From the NCBI RefSeq assembly GCF_041146345.1, contig NW_027191411.1, positions 496,001-560,000 on the forward strand: a stretch of DNA of 64,000 nucleotides, read 5' to 3'. This stretch comes from Neodothiora populina. Lineage: Eukaryota. Shown here one piece after another: positions 25,010-36,659 of the stretch. The notes below the pieces were generated by a model, which worked only from the letters and a program-made list of their open reading frames with translations, was not told the origin of the DNA and made no database searches. Each line of letters starts with the position of its first letter. Positions within the stretch are counted from its first letter, which is position 1. The position numbers were made by a program, and so were the translations under genes.

Positions 25010-26062
25010 CTACGCATTACGGCTTCTCAGCTCAGTATATACGGCCTTGGATCTGTGCAGCCTCCTCCACCTCAGAGCAGTCATATAACTTGTGAAGATA
25101 ACGATCGGAACGATTGCAAAAATCCACGGTCGATCCACTAGCCACAGGACGACGGCAACGTCCTTCCCATGCCAGGTTCCGCCAGGTCTGTGTCCAAAGA
25201 ACGAGTACTTTTCTGAGTAGAACTCTTCCGGAAGGACATAAACCATATCTGGATTAGATTCCCTTTTGCTCGTCACTGGCACAAATCCTTGTCCACGAAG
25301 GTGATAGTACCACGTTTTGACCATGTCGCTGGCGAATTGTGGCCCGGTGCTCCAGAAGATGGTCAGGTAAGGGAACCAGAGATTTTTGTTCCGCGACGTC
25401 AGCCGCTCCAGCATGATACCCGTCAAAGGATGACGAGCCCTGCTGGCCATCAAGTCGTTATTAACGCCTAATGGCGAAGCTTTGGGATACCATGCTGGGA
25501 ATGCCAGCAGTGGGTCTAACGGGCGACGACATGAGACGTCCAGGTCCATGTAAACTCCTCCATAGTGATATAGCACGAAGTATTTAAAAGCATCGATCTG
25601 CTGGATAGGATGTCGGTAGGCATCATAGGTCGGCATGAACCAAGCGTAACGTTCTTCCAACAGATCACGCGCTGTTGTCGCATTCCAGGTATTGATTTCG
25701 AAACCAGGATTGTGCTTTCGGCAAAGGTCAGGTGTGTTAGATCCCACTCTGGGAATATCAGAAACGTCAAGATGGTCATGATAGATGTTCTGGAACCAGA
25801 TGAAATGAATAATGGGCGGAATAGTCTTTTGTGCTGCTGGTTCAGGTATGGAGAGAACCGGCCATTGATAGACGGGATCCTTGCCCTCGAGTTGCGCAGC
25901 CATTAGCGTATCGGAGTACTCTTTAGGAAAGTCATCGAAAGTGATAAAAGAGGAGTGTAAGAAGCGCTCGAACAGTATTTGCCTACGAGAAATATAAAAT
26001 AGATATAAGATAGCCACTAGGGGTAAGAGGAGGAGCAACCGTCGCCAACTAACCATGATCAT
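25010..26062 (-). CDS. GT32 (Gly_transf_sug, DxD) glycosyltransferase, SUR1/CSH1 (MIPC synthase)-like
   Basis: N-terminal signal anchor; IPPIIHFIW; WFMPTYDAYRHPIQQIDAFKYFVLYHYGGVYMDLDVSCRRPLDPLL; STGPQF; C-terminal TM segment. Intronless. Confidence 0.9.
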   Translation of the reverse strand: MIMVSWRRLLLLLPLVAILYLFYISRRQILFERFLHSSFITFDDFPKEYSDTLMAAQLEGKDPVYQWPVLSIPEPAAQKTIPPIIHFIWFQNIYHDHLDVSDIPRVGSNTPDLCRKHNPGFEINTWNATTARDLLEERYAWFMPTYDAYRHPIQQIDAFKYFVLYHYGGVYMDLDVSCRRPLDPLLAFPAWYPKASPLGVNNDLMASRARHPLTGIMLERLTSRNKNLWFPYLTIFWSTGPQFASDMVKTWYYHLRGQGFVPVTSKRESNPDMVYVLPEEFYSEKYSFFGHRPGGTWHGKDVAVVLWLVDRPWIFAIVPIVIFTSYMTALRWRRLHRSKAVYTELRSRNA

Positions 26063-27702
26063 GGATTTTGTGGGCGAATGTGTAAGGTATTGAAGAAAGA
26101 AGGGGTAAAGTCTTAGTGCACGAGTCGCCCACAATGTGGATTGAGTTCGATTTATGTTGCAAGATAGAGTCAGTTGGGCAAATCCTGTACCAAAGCCCGC
26201 TGCCCCTTACTATGCACTAGACACCTACGGATATAGCTATATATCGTCTCTAATCACCATCGTCCCAGGACCAAAACTTGAATGCAATGTTGCTCCACAG
26301 CTTTTTATAAGTAGGCATTGTTAGATGCCTACCTAGTGAACAACACAAGTCACCCCTAGCGGGCTCTGCGCAATTGCCACAACGGTCGTCATCACGGGAC
26401 GTTTGCAAGATCCGTAGGGTTGGTCAGGATGTATTCAGTCTAGGACACAGAGTCCTTAGTTCCCACAGGCGTTCATGTGTTCTGCGTGGCCAACTTTATC
26501 ATTTACCCCGACCTTGGGACTGAGGTACCCAGTACTGTATTTGACTCGGCTACGCTGCGCCGAGCGGAGGTACGGACCGAATGTGGGTGGCTATTCTTTA
26601 TTAGGTATAGCCCATGTTGATCAGCACGTTAGTTCTTCCAAGATCTTCAATCTCATGCCTTATGCAGTACAGCTTGGTTGTCAACTATCTTATGGTGTTT
26701 GATCCATGGCTCTGTCATTGACATTGCTACGATCATTGCATACGGATGCTGTGAGGGCTGAGTAGGATATTAGTCTCAGCATACACTACGAACGAGTTGA
26801 CCGTTCCAAAGGGGCACCTCATTTTCACTATGTAGGTTATCGAGTCTAAATCAATTTTATCCCGTCAAGCACCCAAAGTGCCAACCTATCTCACCTCTCT
26901 GGTGCTATGGTGACCTTCTCGGATCGGAGTTCCTCTTCATAAATAATCTATATCATGCACTCGACTTGCCTTTTTCTTTTTCTCTCCCCCTTGGACATTG
27001 ACATGAGTGGCTCGCATTTCCGCGTTATCCTCCCGCCAAAGTTCAGCGGCTTGATTCTCGAGCTAGGTATCAGCTTTTCTTAATCAACGATAGAGCCAAA
27101 GTTTAAGGTGGATCTCAAGACCGAGTTAGTGCTACTCTTGGTCTGTCCTTGGACGAACATTGCGGGTGGTCTGACCATGCCAGTCGCTGGGTATCAACAG
27201 CCTCTGCATTTCAAGGTGGTGTGGTAAAGCTCGCCTTTGAAGGTGCCCTCAAACATACTCAATCAGATTGAGGTCTGGCTCATATAGTGGACGATCAGTG
27301 AGTTTCTATATTTTGTGTCTTACGATCATGAATATATGGTTTCAGCAGGGTGTGTAGGAGCGCTCTGCCTTGCATAAGAAACAGATCTTGCTCTCGATGA
27401 TCAGTCACCCCTTTTTGCAATGTCTCGAGGTATGACCACGCGGGAAGTTGATAGGGACTTTTCTGACTCATGATCACGCGTCTCAACTAGTATATCGTTT
27501 ATCGTGGACTGCGGTCAGGATCAAAAGTAACATATCGTTGCTTCTACCATAAGTCTCGAGCATACTGTGTAGCCCGTCTTAGGTAAACGTACGGATGCAT
27601 CACTTGTGCCCTTGCTGATAGAAGTCGACTGGCTTGACTTTCTACTTCACTAAGCTCATTACTAAGGGAAGGTCGCGCTCGTTGCTCGTGACCATATCGG
27701 CT

Positions 27703-28785
27703 ATGTCCCGGTTGCGTCGCCTCCTTATCACGGCAACAACAGTTGCTGCACTATTCTGGCTCAAGCTACAGCTAGACAAGTTGAAACAGGCATACATTGC
27801 ATTGGAACAGTTCTCAGAGCTTGGATTTATCCTGCCTAACGACGAAGCTTTACAACCGTCGTCTAATTCGTCCGATCTGACGGAAGATGCATTCAGTGCT
27901 ATGTTGCATGCTCTTTGGGACTCATTAGTGGCTGAACCAGTTGACAAATTTGCCATGGAGAAGTCAGCGCTCAAAGACACTCGTGACAAAACTCTTGTAG
28001 TGGCCAAAGTAGAGGGAGAGAACACAAAATGGATTCCATTCCTGCTGCCAAAGTGGGGATTTCAACCACGAGCAAATCAAAGATCTCATGCTAACATGTG
28101 CCCTACAGTTGGAGGCATGCGATATACGTGACCAATGATCGATCGGCTCCACTGCACACCGCACGTAACAAAGGCCACGAAGCCAATGCATACCTAACCT
28201 TCATCATTGATAACTATCACCGCTTGCCTCAGACAGTTGTATTTTTACACGGCCACTTCAGCTCATGGCACAACGAGCAGAATACAGCAAAAGCACTACA
28301 GCTGCTCAACATTGACCTTGTTCAAGAAAATGGCTATGTAAATCTTCGATGCCACCATGATCCAGGTTGTCCAGCCGAAATTCAACCATTTCGCAATCAG
28401 AAGTTCCGAGACACAAGAGGCGGAAAGAAGCGGACGACTGAGATGGAATACGCTACAGCCTGGCGTGAGCTCCTCAATTCAACAGATGTACCGGAAAGAG
28501 TTGGTGTGGCATGCTGCGCGCAGTTTGCTGTGTCGAGGACAGCAGTATTGTCGAGGCCAAGGGAGCACTATATCTGGTTCCATAAGTGGTTAATGAAGAC
28601 AAAGCTGGCTGATGAAGTTTCAGGCCGTATTTTCGAATATATGTGGCATGTTATCTTTGGGAAAGATCCAGTTTAGTGAGCAGACCATTCATCGTATTGA
28701 ATTGCACCTGGCTAATAAAGCATGTAGCTGTCCACCAATGCACGAATGTTATCTCGACTTGTACAATACCCCCGGTATCGTATAG
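27703..28785 (+). CDS. DUF3431 family protein (type II membrane/secretory); exons 27703-28052, 28109-28675, 28728-28785
   Basis: LVVAK..E.T.W, NKGHEANAYLTFIIDNY.RLP..VVFLHGH..SWHN, GYVNLRC, CCAQFAVSR, SGRIFEYMWHVIFG and spliced C-terminus DPVYCPPMHECY. Both introns carry GCTAAC/GCTAAT branch sites. Confidence 0.9.
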
Positions 28786-30032
28786 CTTACGAAAGTAATC
28801 ATACGATCGTCGTGATCGTCAGGCCTAGCAAAACCTGGACATACAACATTTTCTCCAGTAGATACCATTATTCCAAGATGGTATGCGTAGCCAGACGAGG
28901 TACATGTGTGTTGCACACAAGCCTCCCACAGATTAGACGAACGCGATAGTTCAATTCCAGGCACAGACTAGTGAGTTGTTCTCTAGCTTCCTGGGTCTCG
29001 CTATCTGATGCCTTATTAATGGTGTGCGCCTGTAGATGAAGATAGCCCAGGTACAAACGTTCTTACTACAACGCTCCTGGCTGAGGCTGCAATCTTCCGG
29101 GTCTGTGAGCATTCACCAAACCCTTCGGACCGCCCAAGTGTCGAAATATCACGATCGTGATTATCAAGCACAAGTGCCTAGATCGGATCTAGGACGACGC
29201 AAAAAGATGAATCGAGACTTCAGGATCATCACGGGATCCGATGGATCTACGCGAGACTTGTTTCCGGTCCGTCAAGATTGATGTTGATAGATCAATCCTT
29301 CATGACTGTAACCAGAATTCATGTAAGACTCTATCAAAGCGACGAAGTTAACGTAGTCCACAAGTGAGGTTCTCAAAGCCTTCAAACACAGATCAGCCTC
29401 AACAAACAAGCCTCGACTGTCCACTTAAAGGTATTTTAAGATGTGGCTATCCTGTTTGTTCGACTAATTTCACGGATATCCTTGTAATAAGCCTCACTAC
29501 AGTAGTATAGTGAGTGAGTTAGTTGCAAAATTTTGTGTAAGTAGGAATAAGTCTAGAGTCCATTGCAGTGCTGCACGGCATTTCACTTCCAGGGCTTAAG
29601 GAGTCCGGCTTGACGTCAAGCGATAGTGTGCTCTACTCAAGCAAATGAATATGTGGTCCTCTGTACACATGCGAGATAACATGGACTATTGCTTGTGCTA
29701 CTCAACTATAGACCAGTCGATCGTGGGTAACGAACTTGATGCTCGCTCTCCACATGCTCCACAACGGCATCATGTCGATGTTGTAGATTTTGGAATACTC
29801 GGTGCTTACGTCATCTATACATTTAGGACGGCTGGCCCGGATCGCCGAGCAGACGAGACGTAGTGGTTCAGGAGTGGATAAGATGAGGTTCTAGCACTGC
29901 GCCTCTCCGGGGGGAGCATTGACACAGCCCTGAGACTCTTGAGTCCTTGATTTATGTTCAACAACTCTCGTAATTCCATACACTTGTCTCTTCTACTACG
30001 AGATATCTTGAGCAGACTGATCTATAAGCCCA

Positions 30033-31521
30033 ATGTTGTATAGTTTCCTACTTGGTACCCTGCTAGGTAGCAGCGTATTTGCGCAGCAGTCTTCCACAAC
30101 TCCATCCCCGACAGGAGACACAGACTCAGCCACTACTTCATCAAGTTCCAAGAGCTCTCCAGTACATCCCTCAAAATTGTCCGATCTATGTTACACTATA
30201 TTAAGTGGGACATTAGAGACGTCTTTCACAGGTACCTATGCCACCGACACATCTGTCATCACAGTATTCCCATCAAGTCGCTACGACCGATCGTCATCAT
30301 CCGCATCGTCTAGTAATGGTACCAGGACATCCACCACGACAGTATCACCAGGTACAACCAGCGAATTAGTTCTGCTCGTGGGTGGGGCAGGCAAGCAGAC
30401 GTTGAGCGTGATCAATGGGACCAGCACGGTATACCCCAACGACACCGCTGTTGCTACGTCGCCGACTTCAATCGCCTCGGCGCCTACTAACACCCAAGCA
30501 TGCAATAACTATCCTGAGTTCTGTGATCGCAAATACAGCAATATCACCGAGGTGTGCGCGCATAACGCTATGTTCGTAAAACCGGGCAACGCGGCAAGCA
30601 ACCAAGCCTTGGACATTACCACGCAACTTGACGATGGGGTCAGAATGATCCAAGGAGAGACGCACTACGAGAACGACACTATGTGGAGCTGTCACACCTC
30701 TTGCGATCTCCTTAATATGGGCACCCTTGAGGAAGAATTGGTGATCATTCGTGAATGGGTCGAGAAACACCCTTACGATGTTGTGACAGTTTTGATTGCC
30801 AATAACGACTTCGTCACAGTTGGGAACTTTACAGCCCCGTTTCAGAAGTCTGGTCTAGCTCTCTACCTTTACGAGCCTCCTACTATCCCCCTGCATAAAA
30901 ACGACTGGCCAACTCTGTCACAAATGCTATTGAGTGGAAAGCGCGTTGTGGTCTTCATGGATTACAATGCGAATCAGACTGCTGTTCCATATATCCTTGA
31001 TCAGTACTCACACATATGGGAAACCCAATTCTCTCCTGAAGATGAATCATTCCCTTGCACAATTCAACGCCCTCCGACTCTTACAAACGCCACAATTGCT
31101 AAGGAAAACTACATGTACCTAGCAAATCACAATCTCAACCAAGCCATCACTCTATTAGGAAATACTCTTCTTGTGCCTAATACTGTGGAGCTCAACAACA
31201 CCAATGCCGCCGGTAACCAACACGGTATGCTCGGAGCCACAGTGGGTAATTGCACTGGTGGGTTTGAAGTCTAGTGACGGATGTACGACAATACTGACAT
31301 GGCCAGAAATGTGGAATGCTCCGCCAAATTGGCTTGTAGTCGACTACTACAACGTTGGCAATGGTTCGGTCTTCGAAGTCGCAGCGCGCTGTAATAATGT
31401 CACATATAATCGGAAATGCTGTGGTATAGCGGCCACATCGATAGCGCCAGGTTTACCGAAGCAGAATCTGATAGCGACATTACTCGTAGCTGTGGCTACC
31501 TTCGTCGTGGCAACGATATAA
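30033..31521 (+). CDS. Secreted, probably GPI-anchored PLC-like phosphodiesterase with Ser/Thr-rich N-terminal region; exons 30033-31257, 31307-31521
   Basis: Signal peptide; CNNYPEFCDRKYSNITEVCAHN; NQ...QLDDGVRMIQ; CHTSC; WETQFS; NHNLN; PNWLVVDYY; hydrophobic C-terminal tail. Intron GTGGGT...CTGAC...CAG. Confidence 0.9.
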
Positions 31522-32729
31522 GATCGAATGTCAGATTACTCCTGTCAATAACCGCCACCTCATCTAGGACTTGCTCAAGCACAATCGCAGTAGACGGGAC
31601 TAGATTATTTCTGTTGATCAAGCCTTCGTCTTGGAGTTAACGGAGAAGGCCTCCAAGGAGCATCTGACCAGAGAAGCTATTAAGCCGAAGAGAAGCTCTA
31701 TTACCAACTAAGGCGTTCCAAAGCATGGATATGCATTACGGAGTACAGTATGGTATATATGTGATATAGTAACCCGCAGGCCAGCGTGCTGACCTGAGAA
31801 CTATTTATAGATTCCAAATTTGACGCTCGGGATCGTTCTTGCCGGATCTTGCATACATCATGTTGGCCTGGAAAAGACAAGACGTGAACTTGCACTCTCG
31901 GCAAGTCTTGTCGCAGGGCACTCGATATTGAATCTATTGTCTGGACTCAGATGTGTCCAACAATGCTTATCTGTGCGTCCACAATGGTGTACTCCGTACA
32001 AACCTTGTGTCTCATGGCTTATCGAGGATAGATCGTATGGGATCCCTACATTCGCTTCGATACTATTAGCTACAGCAAGCAAACAATAACGTAGTATGGA
32101 GCTGGGATACTAGCTACTCAGAAACCCCTGTTGTCGTACCTCAGACGACAGTTAGACCAGGATTCAACGGTCTTTGTTTCTGAAGGAATCGCGACGAACG
32201 TCTTTTCGTTTTATTGCTACTTCGTCCATATACTAGGAAAGAACATGACAAATGTCCACAAAACCATCCTTACTATGTATATAAGAGAGTCGCAACAGTC
32301 CAGAGTATATAGGTATATTCTTCGGCCGCACATCTGAATATGACACATGGTCACAACAGTCTTATCTTGACCGGCCAGGGGCGTACAGGAGTACTGGTGG
32401 ACTGTATCCATCTCACAGCAGTGATTGCGGGACTAATGGCATCTCTAGAAGATACAAAGTTAAGGTGCTGTATGGTGCAGCATGTCAAGGTGGCTACTGT
32501 AGAGTCGTGAGAGCGTAAGGTATTTGCTACTGTAATTGCCTTAGGGTTGGACCGAAATAAGCCGTCTCGGCTATGGTCAACCGTTATGTCATCCCGCCTA
32601 TAATTGAAATCTTGACAGTCCATACATGCTTGGCAAGCAACGATTCGCTACAAGTAAGCCACTGCCGCTACTTCCCGTCGATGTTCCTGTTCCTTTTGTT
32701 TATTGTCCACCAGCTTAATAGCTAGGAGA

Positions 32730-34718
32730 ATGGCAAGAGGAGATGTCGCGGCCGAGCATGAGCAGGGGCAGCGCGCTGTCGAAGAGGCAGTCACTGAAGA
32801 CGACTCATACATATATCACGATGATCCTACTTTTGAAACATCTGATACTTCGATGTTGATGTCAACATACACTGAAGATAGACTCGATCATCTCGGGACA
32901 AAACTCGAGCCCAGTGGATGGCGAGAGAGATTAAGACGCATTCCTGGAGCCACTGCTGTGGGGAAGTGGGTCAAGGGCCCTGAACCCCCCAGAATATACA
33001 AGATTGAACCCCTGTTTCCGCCCATGCAGCATCTACCACTCGACATACTCGACAGGTATGCGCCTCAGAAGATACATCGCTTTTGGTTGCTCGTTATGTT
33101 TTACTTTATCTGGGTCTCGACCTTCGTGGATATCCTCTTTAGATCAGCACTTACAAGTGATATCCCGGGCTATGGGTCCCCAACGCGTTTGGATTGCGAG
33201 GCAACTTACTGGCGTAAGAAAAACGATTGTGGAATCAATGGCGACCAATGTCGGCCATTTGCAAACTCATCGTTGGCCTTCCGATGCCCGGCCAGCTGTG
33301 CAGCGGCACAGCTTTGGGACATACGGTCAGTAGGTGACCAGGAGGTCAATTACCGCCCTCTGGTAGTGGGTGGACCGAAAGACCAGTCAGATCCCATCAC
33401 TAGCTCGGTTTATCGTGGCGATTCCTTTATCTGCGGATCAGCTATACATGCTGGGTTCATCACCGACAAGTACGGTGGCTGCGGTGTGTTGCACCTTATT
33501 GGTGAACAAGCCACTTATCCTAGCACCAAAGCCCATGGTATCTCGAGCATTGGGTTCGACGGCTATTTCCCGCAATCATTCACTTTCGAAGCTGGCTCTG
33601 CCGTCCAATGTCGAGACCCTCGGATGACGCTATTGATAGTAAACATCGTCTTCACTACTATCCTCTGCATCTTCGTCACTTCCCCGTTGATTTTCTACTG
33701 CTCCATGTTTGCCGGCCTTTTCCTCCACGTGGGCCTCGTCTCCGACCCGCCAAGTCTGACAGACTACTACTCCTTGATATCTGCTGGGTCTGGGAACTTG
33801 CTGCCTGCCGCCTTCTGTGCCGTCGTAATATATCAAACTTCGGTACAACGCAGCCTGACCGGGCTGACAGCACAAATCGAAAAGGCTGTGTTCTGGTTGG
33901 TCCCAGCTTGGATTGGTGCCTTAAACAACTATACATTCGACCGATGGATTCCGATACAACGCCTGACGCCTCACGATCTAAATAGACAACCCGGTGCTAT
34001 TCCTGCCCTCATCTTTATTGTCTGCGTCATTCTGTTCATCGCCTTAGGCCAAGCATGGGCATTCCGTGTCGAGGGACGAATGCCTAAGTACCTCGGCATC
34101 TATGGCACCCTCACTTTGTCACTACTCACGTTGGTTGCTGTGCCGGGAATGAATGTACGTCTCCATCATTACATCATAGCGCTGCTGCTACTCCCCGGTA
34201 CCTCATTCCAGAACCGAACGAGTCTGTTCTACCAGGGCTTGCTGGTCGGTCTTTTCATCAATGGCACCGCACGGTGGGGATTTGCAAGTCTGCTAGAGAC
34301 GCCATCTTTCATTGTCGGCGGCGGTCCGCTTGGCAGTTTACTTCCTGCTGTAACCGCGCCCATGATTGCAAATACCAACATTTCCTTTGCGCTGAGTCTA
34401 CCGTCAGGACCTGACGCGAAAGGTAGGGTATACGATGGCATCAGTGTATTGATCAATGATGTAGAGCGGTTCCGGAAGTTTTCTGATCGTGATATTGACT
34501 ATGGCGAAGGAACGAGCGTGGGGTGGGATGATGGGCGTTTGAACTGGACTTGGACCAGAAGCCATGAAGATGCCCCCAACTATTTCAGATTTGCGTACAC
34601 AAGTGGAACTCAGACATGGGACTACACGAAGGCCGGCACATGGCTCGCAAATGGAACTTGGGTGCAGATGGAAGAGGACCTGCGTAAGAGGGAATGGGAC
34701 CTGGAGAAGTTGGACTAG
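32730..34718 (+). CDS. LCCL-domain multi-pass membrane protein
   Basis: CGINGDQCRPF...FRCPASC, YRGDSFICGSAIHAG...GGCG, several TM segments, RLHHYIIALLLLPGT and DYTKAGTW. Confidence 0.9.
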   Translation: MARGDVAAEHEQGQRAVEEAVTEDDSYIYHDDPTFETSDTSMLMSTYTEDRLDHLGTKLEPSGWRERLRRIPGATAVGKWVKGPEPPRIYKIEPLFPPMQHLPLDILDRYAPQKIHRFWLLVMFYFIWVSTFVDILFRSALTSDIPGYGSPTRLDCEATYWRKKNDCGINGDQCRPFANSSLAFRCPASCAAAQLWDIRSVGDQEVNYRPLVVGGPKDQSDPITSSVYRGDSFICGSAIHAGFITDKYGGCGVLHLIGEQATYPSTKAHGISSIGFDGYFPQSFTFEAGSAVQCRDPRMTLLIVNIVFTTILCIFVTSPLIFYCSMFAGLFLHVGLVSDPPSLTDYYSLISAGSGNLLPAAFCAVVIYQTSVQRSLTGLTAQIEKAVFWLVPAWIGALNNYTFDRWIPIQRLTPHDLNRQPGAIPALIFIVCVILFIALGQAWAFRVEGRMPKYLGIYGTLTLSLLTLVAVPGMNVRLHHYIIALLLLPGTSFQNRTSLFYQGLLVGLFINGTARWGFASLLETPSFIVGGGPLGSLLPAVTAPMIANTNISFALSLPSGPDAKGRVYDGISVLINDVERFRKFSDRDIDYGEGTSVGWDDGRLNWTWTRSHEDAPNYFRFAYTSGTQTWDYTKAGTWLANGTWVQMEEDLRKREWDLEKLD

Positions 34719-35460
34719 GAAAAATGATCTCAAAGCCGAACATTCACTGCATCTAGACTTTGAACTTTGTTGTGATTACACTACTACTGTATATAAGCAC
34801 AACACCGTACACTTGTTCGCGTAGGCAACGTGAGCCGATCTCGCCCGTAGATCTACAACAAACGACGTCTCATGGCCCGTCATGCACAAGACTGATCCAG
34901 GTATTCTGTACAGTTCAGAGTACAATCGGCGACTTGTTGGATATATTTCACGAACCCGGCCAGGTATTCCAACCCACGCATGCCTTTCTATGCGACTGGT
35001 TGGCCACCGAGTACGAGATGATCGAGTGATCGCTTATTACGTGGCTGCAATGTCCACGAGCTCCTCCGAGTAGTACGAAGAGGAAATCTAACTGTTCAAC
35101 GTGAAGCAATAACTCATGGGTCAAAGCCTCATAACCTAAGATCACATTCCATCCGTGTGAGTTGTGCGAGTGCAGATCAGGTTGACCATGTCTCTGTTCA
35201 CTCCTCAATTGACTGAGAGCGTTGCCTTGCATTCAGCGAGAATGGGAAAGTTCGCGATGACGATAAAAACCTTGGGCAAGGAGCATAGCATATAGCAAAC
35301 TACAGCGGTCTGTCGTTCTTCGTCACACGAACGAAGTTGTAAAAAGTTTGTATCATTCTTCAAACCTTCCTATCTCACATGGAACATTTTCATCGCCTGA
35401 TATTGCTGATGCAGTACCGAGACACCTTCGATGACCAAGGATCAAAAGAAGGTGTCAAAA

Positions 35461-35579
35461 ACGTACAGCAGCAGGGATTCCCACGTGGTCACCCACCGTA
35501 GTACTAATCTGCCGGTCAACTGCTTATGTCTGGCAGAGCGGACGGGATGCCCAGTTCTCAGCTGCCTGTGGCCGTACGT
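35461..35579 (-). rRNA. 5S rRNA gene (dispersed copy 2, identical to copy 1)
   Basis: Same 119 nt as 20836-20954, followed by a T-run terminator. TATA-like element ~30 nt upstream. Confidence 0.96.
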
Positions 35580-36659
35580 GAAACATTCGTGCTTCAAATA
35601 TCAATATAGAGCCTTCTTGTCGTTACTGTTGTTTAATGATCAATTCAGGTATCGAGGCGCCATATCCACGGTATAAACAGACTAGTGCGCAGGACCCAAA
35701 GGCTTACTGCCTACTTGATAGATTCGGGCTGACTGGACTGGCCATTCCTGTACGAGGTATGCTGATCGTGGCCGAAAGATGTGGTATTGAGTCCTCGTCA
35801 CCAGTGCTTTGATCTTGATCGACAGCCATTTACGATATGAGAGTGGCCTGCCAAGCTGCGTCCTCTGGATTTCAGTGACGATGACACTATCTGATCCATC
35901 CACTGCAACGAACTCAGTGCGCGGTTATGACTTACATACCCTCGCTATGAGAACATCGTTCTTTGATTTCAGGGTTCTATGCGGACCCAAGTACTTATGT
36001 TCGCTACTGCCATCATTGAATGCAAACCATAACAATCCATGATAGGTCACCCTGTCCGACCTGCCAGCCTACACGTCCCAGACAGAAAGATCAAAACAGA
36101 AGAATTATGTCCGTCGAATGCGGGATACAGATCCCCTCAGTGAGAGTACGTGAACCGAATGTCATACAGACCACGAGGACCCCCACACCTTCCGTTTCTA
36201 CCTCTCCTATATTCCTTCCAGTCCGTGGTGGGTCTTCGAATGCCCGTTGAGCAGTGACTTGCAATATGACTCACTAGAGCCACCGACAGCCTTGCGGTTG
36301 ATCTACGCTCGAACGAGTGGATGCGCGAGTATACAACTTCACTTTGGTTGAAGTCCATGTCACATGAGGTAAGGTGGCTTGTGGTAGGCGAGTTTGGTGG
36401 CTGTCATGGCATGTGAAAAAACAGAGTCGTAATTCATTATAGCCATCAGAGATGTGTAGCGTCGGCTGTGCTGCTGCAGCATGAGATAAGCAGGGTATAA
36501 GAGGTATAAAGAAAATGCCCGAGTCGCACGTTTGCAGATATCCCACTATTCTCTGTATCGCTGCTTGAATGAAGGACTGATCCCACGGGACCGCCCAATG
36601 CCCGCTCTGTTCACTCGCGATGAGGGGAGAAAGGAAATTGCTGTTGGACGGGAAAGAAA

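Noticed and set aside
32540..32550. TTAGGGTTG as a possible telomerase RNA template or interstitial telomere
   Set aside because: It is a single imperfect unit in a ~1.2-kb intergenic gap, and no supporting pseudoknot or CR4/5 element was recognised.
20836..35579. Intact Starship or other autonomous transposon in 5S rDNA
   Set aside because: No tyrosine recombinase, transposase, reverse transcriptase, LTRs or TIRs were recognised, and both 5S copies are uninterrupted.
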